From Octopus vulgaris (lineage: Eukaryota): a DNA stretch of 64,000 bases. The notes beneath the pieces were generated by a model. It had not been told where the DNA came from. It searched no databases and saw only the letters and a program-made list of their open reading frames with translations. Location: the NCBI GenBank assembly GCA_951406725.2, contig OX597815.1:153078001-153142000 (forward strand). The letters are read 5' to 3'. Shown piece after piece: positions 51,886 to 64,000 of the stretch (positions are counted from its first letter, which is position 1; every line of letters starts with the position of its first letter). The translations under genes and the position numbers were made by a program.

Positions 51886-54680
51886 TTAAAAAAAAAATTC
51901 TATTAGCAAGTCTTTATATTTACTAATCTTGTCAAATTTTTTCGCCGCTATATTGTGATCGCAAGGAATACTCATGTCAATTAATAAATACATCCTTTTT
52001 GTCTGATCTTTTATAATAATATCCGGTTTATTAGCTTTCATAGTTTTATCGGTATGTACGGGGAAGTCCCATAGAATCGACACATTTTCTCCTCAGTCAC
52101 AGCTTCAGGATGGTGGTTATACCATTTGTCAGCGGTTTTGATTTTATAATGTCGACATATTGTCCAGTGTAAATACTGGCCGACTCTGTCATGTCTTGCT
52201 TTATAGTCTACAGGTGCTAAGACTCTACACCCTGAGATTAGGTGATCTATTGTTTCAATCTTATCGTTACAGAATCGGCATTTTGGGTCAGCTCCATTTT
52301 TTATCACATTGGCTTGGTAGTTCCGGGTTAATAAGCATTGGTCTTGAGCAGCTAATATGAAACCTTCACTCTCCGCTTTTAGCCCTGAGCTTCGTAACCA
52401 TTGGTGCGTGTGTTTCTGGTCGACATCAGCTTGTTTATTACGGGCCACATACTTGCCATGCAGAGGTTTCTGTTCCCATCTGCTAGCTAATTTTTCACGC
52501 GCTTTTGTCTTTGCAATCAATTTTATTTCCTTTGCAGCAGCTGTTGGAGCATTTCCTTCACCCTGATCAATCTGGTAGGTATCTAAGAGATCAGTAGCGA
52601 ATTTTTTGCTCTCTTTCAGAATAGAGTGAAGTTTTTTCGGAGTTTCATGTTTTTCAACAAGTTTTAGCATCCAATCGTTGGTTACTTCAAGGTATTTGAC
52701 CAGTCCGATTGTGGTGGTTTTGTACGTAAGTTCAAGCTGGATCAAACCTCGTCCTCCCTGAGCTCTGGGAAGGTAAAGACGATCCACGTCTGCCTTTGGA
52801 TGGTGCATCTTATTACAAATCAGTAGCTTGCGGATTTTTCTGTCTATTTTCATTATTTCACTGGTATTCCTGTTAAGCACATTCAAGGTATAAAGAACAA
52901 CTGGGATTGCTAAGGAATTTATGGCTAACACCTTATTATATGCATTCAGCTCAGACTTCAGGATTGCTCGAACTCTTCTATAACATTCCTTCCGAACCTT
53001 CTCTTTCCTGCTTGCCTGCTGGATACCAGCGCCTTCATTTATTCCTAGGTATTTATAGGCTTGTTCCTGCTCAAGTACTTTTATTACTGTTTCGATATCT
53101 AATTCGATTGAACTTGACTTTACCAATTTCCCTTTCTTAAAAGTGGCTTTGGCACGTTTTTCAAGGCCAAACTCCATCCTGATATCATCACTGAATCCTT
53201 TCACAGTATGTAAGAGTCCTTCCAGCTCTTCATCATCTCTGACATATAGTTTTAAGTCATCTATATAAAATAAAAGGCTTATTTTCCTATTGTCAATTTT
53301 GTAGCCATACCCTGTTCTACTCAGTTCACTTAAAAGTGGTATTAGTGCTGTGCAGAAAATTAGCGGTGAAAGTGAGTCACCTTGGAAAATGCCACAGTTC
53401 ATGCTAATACTGTTTGAGCGCAATACACCATCAGAATAATATATTTGGAGCTTCGTGTTCCATAGTGACATATTATACTTTAGAAAATCTGAAATCACAG
53501 GAGAAATTTTGAAAATGTCTTGTGATTTCAGAATCCACGAATGTGGTATGCTGTCAAAGGCTTTTTTATAATCAATCCATGAAGAGCTGAGATTTCTGCG
53601 CTTGTTATGGCAGTTCTCAAGGATCATGCGATTAATTAGGAGATGATCTTTGCATCCGTATGAGCCTCGTCTGAAATCCTTTTTGTTCAGTGGGAAAGAG
53701 GTTATTCTCTTCCATAAGCGTATATATTTTCTCCACTAGAATAGATGTCAAAATCTTATAGGTAGTAGACAAACATGTTACAGGCCGGTAGTTTTTTGGG
53801 TCTTTCGCTTCGTTATTTTTGGGGAGGCCATTTGCCATCCAATGGGGAGTTTTTTCCGAGTCTTTCATAATACTATTAAATAGTATTACTAACATTTTGT
53901 GTGCGGACGAGAGCGATGAGAGCCAGAAATTTGGGACTCTGTCAATACCAGGGGATTTCCACTTATGAGCCTTCGTTAGTGCCCTCCTTAGGTCGGCGAT
54001 TGAGATGTCTTCCCATACCTGTTCTTGTGGACTTTTGAGTGCATTTGATCCAGTCTGCATTTTCATTGGATGGTTTCTCATCACTCCAGATCTCTTTCCA
54101 AAAGTTTTTAACTTCTTCAATTAGGGGTGGATTTTCAATGGTTATTTTTTCTTTCCCTATTTCCCTGTAAAATGATTTGGCATTGGATTTGAACATCTTA
54201 TTTTGTTTGTAGCATTTGATTCTTTTCTCAAATTTGCATATTCTCTGAGCTTTTGCCTGGTCTTTCTGTTTAAGTGTTTCTTTCGCTGAGATTAGTTCTT
54301 CTCTTGTTGAGAGTCCATATTTTCTCACAATCTTCCTACCTTTTCTCGATCTTACACCATTTCCAGAGATTAGCTCAGTTAATATTGATATCTCCCTTCG
54401 CAATGATTCAATTTCAGTTTCAATTCTACTCTTTCAGTTTGATTTTCTTTTCGAATTTGGTATTGTTGGCTTTTTGGGCGTTAAAGAGCGTCTTTCGATT
54501 ACCTTAGCAACAAAGTAATTAATTTCATTTAACTTATTAAGATCGGGTTTTAGCTGTTGTATGATTTCTTGTGTAACGCAGTTGCAAATTTTTATTTGTG
54601 TTTTATGTAGGTATGCATTTGAGAGTTTATGGAGTGGTTCCCTATCATTCATATTTGCATGCTCTACAACTGCAAGCTCA
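51886..54680 (-). mobile_element. R4/Dong-clade non-LTR retrotransposon ORF (RT + CCHC + RLE), frameshifted, 3'-truncated
   Basis: ORFs 53963..54403, 53632..54120 (KSPGID, NYRPVTCL), 52038..53627 (IDYKKAFDS, GIFQGDSLSPL, FYIDDLKLY, YKYLGI, CRFC..ETIDHLISGC, RHD) and 51886..52083 (NKPDIII..IDMSIP..KISKYKDL). Confidence 0.95.
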
Positions 54681-54704
54681 TTATTATTATTATTATTATT
54701 AAAA

Positions 54705-54764
<60 letters not shown>
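54680..54764. repeat. (TTA)n microsatellite at the 5' boundary of the R4/Dong element
   Basis: Direct reading. Confidence 0.92.
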
Positions 54765-54765
<1 letters not shown>

Positions 54766-54931
54766 AGGCGGTGTGTGTGTGACTGCAAAGTCTGATGAAG
54801 TGAATATGTCCTCTACTCACAAAACTTTAAGTAATGTGGAGTCGAGTCAAACTGCTGTAAAATACATGTAACTGAAACCAAATGTATTGAGTGCTACAAC
54901 TTCTGTTTGTTTACTCACTCTAGGTTCAGGC

Positions 54932-54935
<4 letters not shown>

Positions 54936-55030
<95 letters not shown>

Positions 55031-55035
55031 TACAC

Positions 55036-55066
<31 letters not shown>

Positions 55067-55464
55067 CGTATACATATATAAGATCAAATTGTAGTATATT
55101 GTTGATGTTTTGGACTACCATCAATCATTCTAAAGACTCTCTCGCAAACATGCACAAATGCAACTTCGAGTTTGGTGATAGAGCATTGGCAATATTTCCA
55201 AGTCACTGTCAACATCTCTTAAATATATTTATACTCTGTTTCATGCATTGAGTACTTCGTTCAGTCAAGGTTTGCTGCTTTATATAATTAAAACATCTAT
55301 CATCTTTGTATGTATGTATGTATGTATGTATGTATGTATGTATGTATGTATGTATGTATGTATGTATGTATGTATGTATGTATACGTGCATGTGTATGCA
55401 TGTATGTATATGTATATATTTATATATGCAGGAATCTATCTATCTATCTATCTATCTATCTATA

Positions 55465-55496
<32 letters not shown>

Positions 55497-55582
55497 CCTC
55501 TCTATCTATCTATCTCTTTCTATCTATTTATCTATCTATCTCTCTCTCTTTCTATCTATCTATCTATCCATCCATCCATCAT

Positions 55583-55650
<68 letters not shown>
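54936..55650. repeat. (CA)n, (TATG)n and (TATC)n microsatellite cluster
   Basis: Direct reading: 54936-55075, 55308-55382, 55434-55652. Confidence 0.92.
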
Positions 55651-55652
<2 letters not shown>

Positions 55653-57519
55653 GCATATACATATATAATGAAATGTTTATTAAAAAATAGCTAGTTAAAC
55701 ATTCTGTAGACGATATTCGTATTGGAAGCAGCTTTATGACAGATGCAATATACAAGATGCTTTTCTGAAGCCTGCTTACGACAGCTGAGCTCTTTCTGCA
55801 TAATTCATGTAGACAGGAGAAGTTTGATATTGCAATGTTGGTTATCTATCGCCAGTAACAGCAATATATGACAAATTAAAGGTAATATATGATAACAAGG
55901 TAAGCTAGTCGACAGAAACTGTAGAGAAACGAAGTATGTGCTTGAAAGTATTTACTCGCATCATTTGCTTTTCATTCGTCCATAGTCAATAAATAAGATC
56001 TAACTGTAGAGATAGGAATTAGTTAAAAGATTATACACTTCTACTACAAGATATTGATTTTCTCTGACAAGAGATATGTCTGTTTTGGAGGAGAAGAGTT
56101 AAAAATTAATTGAGTCGACTTCTTTATATTACTGATATTTACTGCGAGTCAAAGAGGAAGACTTTGTGCACTTACTCGACTTTCTAGAAATAAAAGTCTG
56201 ATAGATCATAGACTATATCCTACAATGGTAAAATATGGAAAGGAAACAGTTGAAAATATAGTTCTACATTTGAAAATAAAAAGGAATTCCTTCCAAAATT
56301 GGAACCCATATATGTCTAACTAGGGCTATGACATTTTGCCACTCCTAGATATTAAAGGAGGTGTTGTGATTGTTAAATTTGACACTGAAGAGATCTTCTA
56401 TTGAGCATAAATAGTATATAGAAAATCTTAGCAGGTCGTTTCATACCTGAAATAGAGTCAACACCCTGATGCAGAGGCAACACCTCATGTTCACTTAACA
56501 CTCAATACAATACAGAGAATTTCGTATATGACGCGGAGGTAATGTTAAGGGACGCCAGTGGGTGCACGGGAATACGAAAATATGTGAACTCAACAGATCT
56601 CTTCAGGATATAATTTCACAGTCACAAGGTCTCCTTTAATATTCAGGACAGGTGAAATGTCACAGTCCTAGAAATGCATATATGGTAGTTGAAACAAAGC
56701 ACCACAGATCACAGTATGAAGTGTTGAGTACTGGAGAGGTGCTAGCTGTACTTCACTAGCAGTAGGAGCTGAAAGCTATATTCGGTGGAGAAAAGAATCA
56801 TACCGTAGAACTCATTTCACCCAGATGCCTCTCTAAACTATAAAAGCAAAATTTTCCGATCTGTTCTTATGCACAGAAATCTGTACTTGGATACTAGCGG
56901 ACTGTACCATAAATGTAAACATTAGAGTATCCAGAATCAGTATTTCTCATCACCACACTCTGAAGTTTCAGCGTAAGTTTTTCCATGCCCTGCTTATATT
57001 AGTCAAGCACACACATATACATACATATACATATCCACAAAAGATTTAAGGTTGTGTACTCCTCCCCACTTCCAAGCTTCCTGCATACCCATCAACTTCA
57101 CCCTGCTCTCATCCCACCCAACTTCACTCTACAGGCATTTACATCGTTCCGCGATGGCATTGTCTGAACCGCATCCAAGGAGTATAACCCGAGAAGAAAT
57201 TTCCCTTTGAACTTTCAACAACACCTCGAAACCGGATGTAACACTTACCGACTTGCAGTGGCAAAGAACTGTCACCATGCTCTTCCTACTATCCTTCTGT
57301 ATCATAAATAACATTGCTAAATAATTTGACAACTAGATTAACAGATTCATATTATTAGTAAATCTCCAGCGTGAGATTTTAACTGACCATTTTCAGACAC
57401 TAAAACAGATGATTAGGAAGCCCTTTATCCCGAGCCAATTTCTCTGAACTCAATCAGCAAAACCAATTACGAATTATGTTCATTGAAAACATCGATTTTA
57501 CTTTTTAAATTACGTTTAC

Positions 57520-58190
57520 CTGTGGAAGATCTCCGCCGTTCGACGATGAGGATTTAATTGTTCGATTAACTGAACAACATGCTGCTGAATCAATGTATTC
57601 TCAGGCAGAATGAATGTGACATAGTGTGACAAGGTTGTAACTTTGAATTATACGTAAAATCCGATCGTTGGGCTTTTATATAGAATCCGTCTACCTAGTT
57701 TCCCTTACAATATATGGATCAACTCGAGGCTATTAAAAATGAGATTTGCCGAAGATATCACGCAGTGAAATCAAAACCAGAACCTTGTGATTGCGAAACG
57801 AACTTCTTATCATTCAGTTATACTGCACCTACAAATAGATCTCGATCAGAATTTCCGATCACGAGTGTTCAGTAATTCGATCACCTAAACATCCAGCAAT
57901 GACTCACTACATAAGTGGTTGAGTATTCCTCAGAGACACGTGTCCTTAACGTAATTCTTAGATAGAATTAGCGTGACACAGATTGACAAGTTAGGGCCTT
58001 TGAATTACGAGCGCAATCTATCCAACTGGCTTATGAACAGTTTTCCCTCCATCCGTTTTCACTCACAAGATAATTGGTCGAGTCGAACAAGCTATAGAAA
58101 ATGACATTTGCCCAAGATGTCACACAGCAGAATCGAAACCGGGACCTCATGATTGTGAAGCGAAATTCTTGAGCATTCGGCGATATTGTC
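57520..58190 (-). mobile_element. Two tandem, old composite SINE copies (family-A head joined to family-B tail)
   Basis: gtgaca.ag..tgacaag..ctttgaatta.. followed by ..atttgcc.aagat.tcac.cag..aatc.aaacc.g.acct..tgattg.gaa.cgaa.ttctt, at ~57615-57830 and ~57970-58180. Confidence 0.65.
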
Positions 58191-58249
58191 TCCATTATAT
58201 ATTTGCTGCAACAACGACAAAGACAATAACAATGACGATAACAGCACTA

Positions 58250-58434
58250 ACCACCACCACTACCACCACCTAGACTGCTATCACTAACAACACAACCTCC
58301 AACGCCGCCGCCACAGCTACCCCCACAGCTGCCGCCGCTTCCACCACCGCTGCCGCCGCTATCACCGCCACCACCACCACCACCACCTCCACCACCACCT
58401 CTACTACTACTACTACTAGTAGTAGTAGTAGTAG

Positions 58435-58475
<41 letters not shown>
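58250..58475. repeat. (CCA)n/(GCC)n/(CTA)n low-complexity tract
   Basis: Direct reading. Confidence 0.9.
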
Positions 58476-58921
58476 ACGTTGGTTCACAGAAACTACATTC
58501 ACATATTAAAGTAGCCGATAATGTTCCTTATACTCTCTGTAAACCTTCCAACTTAATTGGCCACTCCCCCTTCCAAAGAAATTGATGTAGTCTTCTGAAC
58601 TCCAAGTTAGAAAAATGGCGATGGAATATTTAGGTTCATTTTAGCATGTCAGTTAATTGGAAGAGATATTACTAATCCAGGGTTGGATTAATAGAAGTAG
58701 AACTGTATAATTTTTAAATAAATGTTGTAGTTTTTATCTTTGATTGTAGCCATTATCATTTTTACACACCTTTCGTTTTGTTTTCTGGTGACAAAAGGCA
58801 GCCAATTAGAATAGAGAAGGAACAAAAATGTTATAAGATGGTTGCTATTCGTCGCGCCATAAAAAAGAAATGTATACATAGACTGAATGCAAGTGTAACT
58901 CTTATTACACATACGTATACA

Positions 58922-58984
<63 letters not shown>

Positions 58985-60171
58985 ATGATAAAAGCTAAGG
59001 TTGTTGGTTGTTGTATATGATAGATTGAATGCCTGCTTGGTCGTTCGAATTGTTAGAAATAGCAGCAAATCGCTCTCAAATCAGTCCCTGGCATCTTAAA
59101 GCGGAAGAACACATTGGATGGTGTGGTTTGTTAAAAAGACTGGATGCTCATGCTTGAAATTTCTTTGATTTGTCTGCTCGTTCAGGGCCTACCTGTGGCT
59201 AAACAACAATGGCATTGACAACGGAAATGATAACGACAACGACAGCACATTACACAATTCATTGGAAAAACACACACTAACGTACAATAAGAATACACAC
59301 ACGAACACACATGCGCATGTACAATATTATGCAAGCGCAAACATTAATTTGAGACCGACAACGAACAAAAGAATCCTTTGATGGGTAACGAATAACTAAC
59401 CATTATTTAGAGGGAAATGTGCCATCAAGCATCATAGTTTCCCATCGGTTTTTTTTTTTTTTTTTTTACAAATGAAAAATCTTGGATTCACAGAAGCGGT
59501 AGATTGTCGGACAAATAACTTGTTACCTCCATTTAAGTTCTTAGTTCAAATTCCACCATTCTTTCAAGCTTTTATTCTTCTGGAGTTGATCAAATAAAGT
59601 ATATGTCTGTGATATTGACTGCAATAGATATAAAAGACTGTAGCTCTTCCTTAAAAATCTCCTGGCTTTGTACCTCTATATCTTACAAATATCTTGATTT
59701 ATCAAGGTTTTAGGTAAAAATATTTTAACCTTAATATATGTGCATCATACACATTTCAAATACATAAGAAAGTGAAAAAAAAACGTATAAATATTTGTTA
59801 GATATAAACACTAGCTTTATTAAAAAATCAGTCACATGTGTCTTGATTTTTATAGAGAATTTCTCTAATAACTTGTATAGTTCTTTTTGTCATTCTAAAC
59901 CGATGAATATCTGGTTCTCAATGGAAATACGAACCAGGGAAGGCAACTGTTCTTCAGCCAGTGTACATCTTAAGAATTGTTGAATTCTATCCGAAGTAAA
60001 GATATTTCTTTCGTTTACAACTGAAGCTTTAGAGATGATCAGGAAAAACAGAAATTAGTGCAATAATTTCATATATTGCGGACAAGAAACCTAGTTTATG
60101 AAGTAATTCCAAAATGGTATTGTTTGACTTGCATTTTTATAGTCAGATCCATTATACAAATTATTTTATTC

Positions 60172-60400
60172 TTTTACTTGTTTCAGTTATTTGACTGCGA
60201 CTATGCTGGAGCACCGCCTTTAGTCGAACAAATTGACCCCAGAACTTATTCTTTGTAAGCAAAGTACTTATTCTATCGATCTGTTTTGCTGAACCGCTAA
60301 GTTACGGGTACATAAACACACCAATAGCAGTTGTCAAGCGACGGTGTAGGGACAAACCCAGACATACAAACATGTACATACACATACACACATACATATA
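60172..60400 (-). mobile_element. SINE family A 3' part
   Basis: ttacttgtttcagttatttgactgcgactatgctggagcaccgcc..gaaccgctaagttacggg..gggacaaac. Confidence 0.85.
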
Positions 60401-62169
60401 TATATTTTTTTCTTTTCTGCTTTATTCACAATGTAAATTCACTAAAAATGCGTTGATGCTAAAAAATATGTTAAGTTTTCAGTACTTCAAACTAAATTAT
60501 GTTTATGTGTATAACAATGGAATTGCTGTATTCAAATGACATAAGTATCAAAGCTATATTCAAATGTCTGGCTTATAGGAGTACATGGGGTCTTTTTCGC
60601 GTATTGTTTTTCTTCGTAGTTATGTTTTTAGCTAGCAACCCTGGTTAAATTTATATTTATTGACAAAAAGGCGTCATGTTTTAGTTATAAATAACAAATA
60701 AAATTTAGCAACACTGGATTTTTGATACACTGATCTGTTGCTGCTACTAATTTTCAAGCACTTCATTTGATCCTCTCCATAAGAATAAAAGAATGAAAGA
60801 ATGATGTGTAGGTGTCGGTGGAGTTTGAACTAAGAACATAAGTAGAGGTAACTATATACTACAGATCAAAGACATAGCAGGTAGATCGCTATACTTGCAG
60901 CTTGAAGTTGTTTCGTGCAGTATTGCTGGGAAACTGCATTCATACGATAGTTCGTAAAATATATACATTTCAAAACCGATTATCTTCATCGAAAAAGTTG
61001 CACATTAATCTGTAAAAAAGCTATATATCTGTTATTTTTTGTTATCCATATTTTAAAAGAATTCATGCATCATCTACAGTCAACTTTTTATCTTTCAGCA
61101 GAGTTTCTTTTATGGAAATTAGTGAAAATACCTGGTAAACAAGAAACCAGCGAGATAGAATACTACCTCAAATATGAACTATGATCAGCAGCATTCCAAC
61201 CGAGACCGTTCAATCTTTTATTCCCACAGTGTATCTGTAAGTGCATTATCGAATTTGCCCTTCTTTTTTTTAGAAAATAATTTGGAGTTTCAGACTCCAG
61301 ACTGTCTAGGGTTGCAAGATATTGACAAATACCTTCTCGATTAAAAAATGTTCGGAGAAGATAATGCGAAAAACTAATTAAGTACATTCTCTCCAAGACA
61401 GGAAAATGTTCTACAATCACAGTTCAATGTACTTGTACAAGGTCGAAGGACCATACAAAGATTTCCCGTTAACTCTTGATTTATTTATAGAGGTAGAATG
61501 GTTGTGCTAGTTGCAACTAATCAACTTCTATAGGGAGCAGCTGCATTCATTGTACAGGAATCGTCAAGAACTAGCAGTTTTGATTACGAATTATAAACTA
61601 GTTTTAAAGCAATTTAACTTGTGGTGAAAGATCATTTTTATCGTCCTTCAGTATTTCATAATCTAACTCCTTTGCTTTCAGTCCCCCAATTGCGTTGATA
61701 TGTTCATGTGTCAACTGAAGGTCTCATGAAAATATTGAGCTTATAGTATAGAATATTGTAGTGTATCATGGAAAGACTATACGGACTAGATTTTCTCCGT
61801 ACCTACCTTAAAGTGAGAACTCCAAGCCAAATGGTAGTGTTTTGTATTCTGTCAACGGTAAAGTGTTTGAAATCTAACCAAGACATTTGACTATAAGTTA
61901 ACGAAACACTCAGTAATTATAGAGTCCTTAGCGCATTTACTCGTGTACGAGTATACGTCGAGCCCGAAATTTAGTGTTAAATCTTGGTATAAAATGTTTT
62001 CCCTTTCATAGTTTTAGTTTTGTCCCGTGTGTATAAGACACACCCCAGTTTTGTTTTCAGTTTAAATCAAGTATAAAATAATGTAACTTCAGTTCTATAT
62101 TTAAGAGATGAGGAATTATGTACATTATTTACATTTGACGGATATTTGTCCTCATCTTGTTTGTTGTTA

Positions 62170-62213
62170 ACACAACGTTTCTGCTGATATACCCTCCAGC
62201 CTTCATCAGGTGT
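62170..62213 (-). ncRNA. Minimal hammerhead motif in the Penelope 3' region (stem II closing pair mutated)
   Basis: ACAC-CTGATGA-A-GGCTG gagggtatat CAGCA-GAAA-CG-TT-GTGT. Confidence 0.78.
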
Positions 62214-62299
62214 CTTGAGGACATTCTCATCTCTAAGTTATTTTTCGATGTTGTTATTATTATTATTATATTATTGTTGTTGTTGTTGTTGTTGTTATT

Positions 62300-62373
62300 C
62301 AGGTCACTGCCTGGAATCGAACTCGGAATCTTGGGGTTAGTAGCCCGCGCTCTTAACCACTATGCCATATTCC
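62300..62373 (-). promoter_or_regulatory. tRNA-like module with Pol III A and B boxes inside the Penelope 3' region
   Basis: ggaataTGGCATAGTGGttaagagcgcgggctactaaccccaagattccgaGTTCGATTCcaggcagtgacc. D, anticodon and T arms are recognisable, but the acceptor stem does not pair. Confidence 0.72.
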
Positions 62374-64000
62374 CCTGGAGTTATAATTGGAGTGAATTTT
62401 AGGGCTTATAAATCTAATATTTTCCTATCCTTCCTTAATACCGGTTCCCATATGCTATTTATATCTGCACTCGGTCTGCTTCGGAGGTTGTTGTGTTCTA
62501 GCATATGTGATGCTTCTTTTAGTTTTTGTATTTTCCAGTGGTGTTCTTTATCTATTATTTTAACTTCATCCCATAGGGGGAGGTGGTTTCCATTTTTCCA
62601 TACATGGTCAGCTATACCCGATTTAAAAATATCTCCTCGTGTCACAACTTTGCGATATTCTTCTACCCTTATTTTGAGAAGGCGGCATATTTCAACATTG
62701 TATAACCTACCACAGTAGCATGGAATAGAATACACGCAGTCTTTGGTCATATTCTCTTCTATTGGTAGTTTTACCCGAAGGAGATATTTGCGAAGTGTTG
62801 TATTACTCTTGAATACTGTCCTGATGCCATATGGGCCGCATATCTTTTGTATCTTTCCGGAGAAGTCTTTCACGTAGATAGACTGTAGACAGTTTATTGG
62901 TTTTATCCTCTCTCTTCTTCATAATTGGAGTAGATAGTATGTTTTGGGGGTAGTTGTTGATTAATAGATTGTTACTGAGCTTGATCATTTCTTCATAGTG
63001 GTTATCACGATTGCTACTTATATTCTTTGCTCGACGTTTTAGGCACTGAGCAATTCCTCTCTTTACACTGTATGTATGGTGGGAATTGAAGTTAAGGAAT
63101 CGTCCCGTGAAGGTCGGCTTGCGGTATACAGGTGTCCTGAATCTATACTTGGTGCGTGTTATTAATATGTCGAGGAATGCCAGCTGATTGTCTTTTACTT
63201 TTTCTATTGTGAACTGTATGTATGGCTTTATTGAGTTCACATGATCTAACAACACTTGGACATCTTCCTGATGGGGCAAGAGAATAAAGATTCATCAACA
63301 TATCACAGCCATAGGGTTGGTTTTAGCGGTGTTGATCCTAAAGCCAAATTCTTAAAGCATTCCATGTATATATTGGCTATTATCGGTGATAATGGCGAGC
63401 CCATAGCTAAACCATCTGCTGTCGATATATATCATTGTCCATACTGAAGTAGGTAGTTTCTTCACAGAAGGTCAACATTTCCAACAAGTTTCTTATTGGT
63501 ATACTAGTGCGTTCTTTTAGATGGGTGTCTGTTACTAGCTTGTCTTGAATCACCGATAGTGCTTCACCAGTTGGGACTTTGGTGAACAGGCTTATCACAT
63601 CTAGACTCACCATCTTGTTGGATTCAATGGGGGTATCCTTGATCAATTCTGTGAAGTGGGTGGAATTCTTCACGTACGATGTTGACTTTCCTGCTTATGG
63701 ACTGATTATATCTACAATGAAGTGGCTCAGTGGATGACATGCTGAACCTCTACAGCTCACTATAGATCTTAATGGAATATTATCCTTGTGAATCTTAGGA
63801 GACTGTACATATGTGGTAGTTTACTGTTGTGTTGAGTCAGCTGTCTGTACTTCATTGGTGTAAAGTGATCTTTGTTCTTGATCAAGATCTGTGACAACTT
63901 TCTCTGTTTTCAGAGTTGGGTCTTTCTTTCCTCTTCTGCAGCTTATAAGACTTGCCAATTTTTCTGAGTAATCAGACTTGTTCTTCACTAATGTAGTATT

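Larger units (their letters stand above)
62085..64000 (-). mobile_element. Penelope-like element (Poseidon-type): decayed RT + GIY-YIG + 3' pLTR; continues beyond the window
   Basis: MVSLDVISLFTKVP..LTFCEETTYF; AMGSPLSPIIANIYME; QFTIEKVKDNQLAFLDILI..VYRKPTFTGRFLNFNSHH; CVYSIPCYCGRLY..RVEEY..SGIADHVW..KLKEASH. Confidence 0.95.

Noticed and set aside
61084-61242. Candidate exon (tttttatctttcag ... ct|gtaagt)
   Set aside because: All three frames contain stops and no partner exons were found; it could only be a non-coding exon, which is unsupported.
62300-62373. Functional tRNA-Ser(ACT) gene
   Set aside because: The acceptor stem does not pair, there is no long variable arm, and it is embedded in a TE. 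Treated as a tRNA-derived module.

Overview
AT-rich, microsatellite-saturated eukaryotic DNA with no recognisable host gene. The tRNA-derived SINE families, R4/RTE LINEs and (TA)n/(TATG)n/(TATC)n arrays suggest an octopod cephalopod intron or intergenic region (inference). Almost every real coding remnant is a decayed transposable element: two Penelope-like elements (Neptune-type GIY-YIG at 140-760; Poseidon-type RT+GIY-YIG at 62085-64000), four R4/Dong-type RLE LINE pieces, RTE pieces, a Tx1/L1 endonuclease piece, mariner, maT and Tigger transposases, a Helitron-like element and about 20 SINEs. Most other ORF-track entries are translated simple repeats. The main hidden signal is RNA structure. 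By eye I find 14 minimal type-I hammerhead-ribozyme (HHR) motifs, intact or decayed; four carry the compensatory U3:A8 core change. They occur in three notable architectures: (i) a non-coding 2.76-kb foldback element with apparently near-identical 468-bp inverted arms, each holding an intact HHR; (ii) a 210-bp hairpin element with two mirror-image HHRs; (iii) a Penelope 3' region where a tRNA-like Pol III head runs, without a terminator, through a microsatellite into an HHR. All alignments and folds were done by eye, TE boundaries are approximate, and ribozyme activity is untested.
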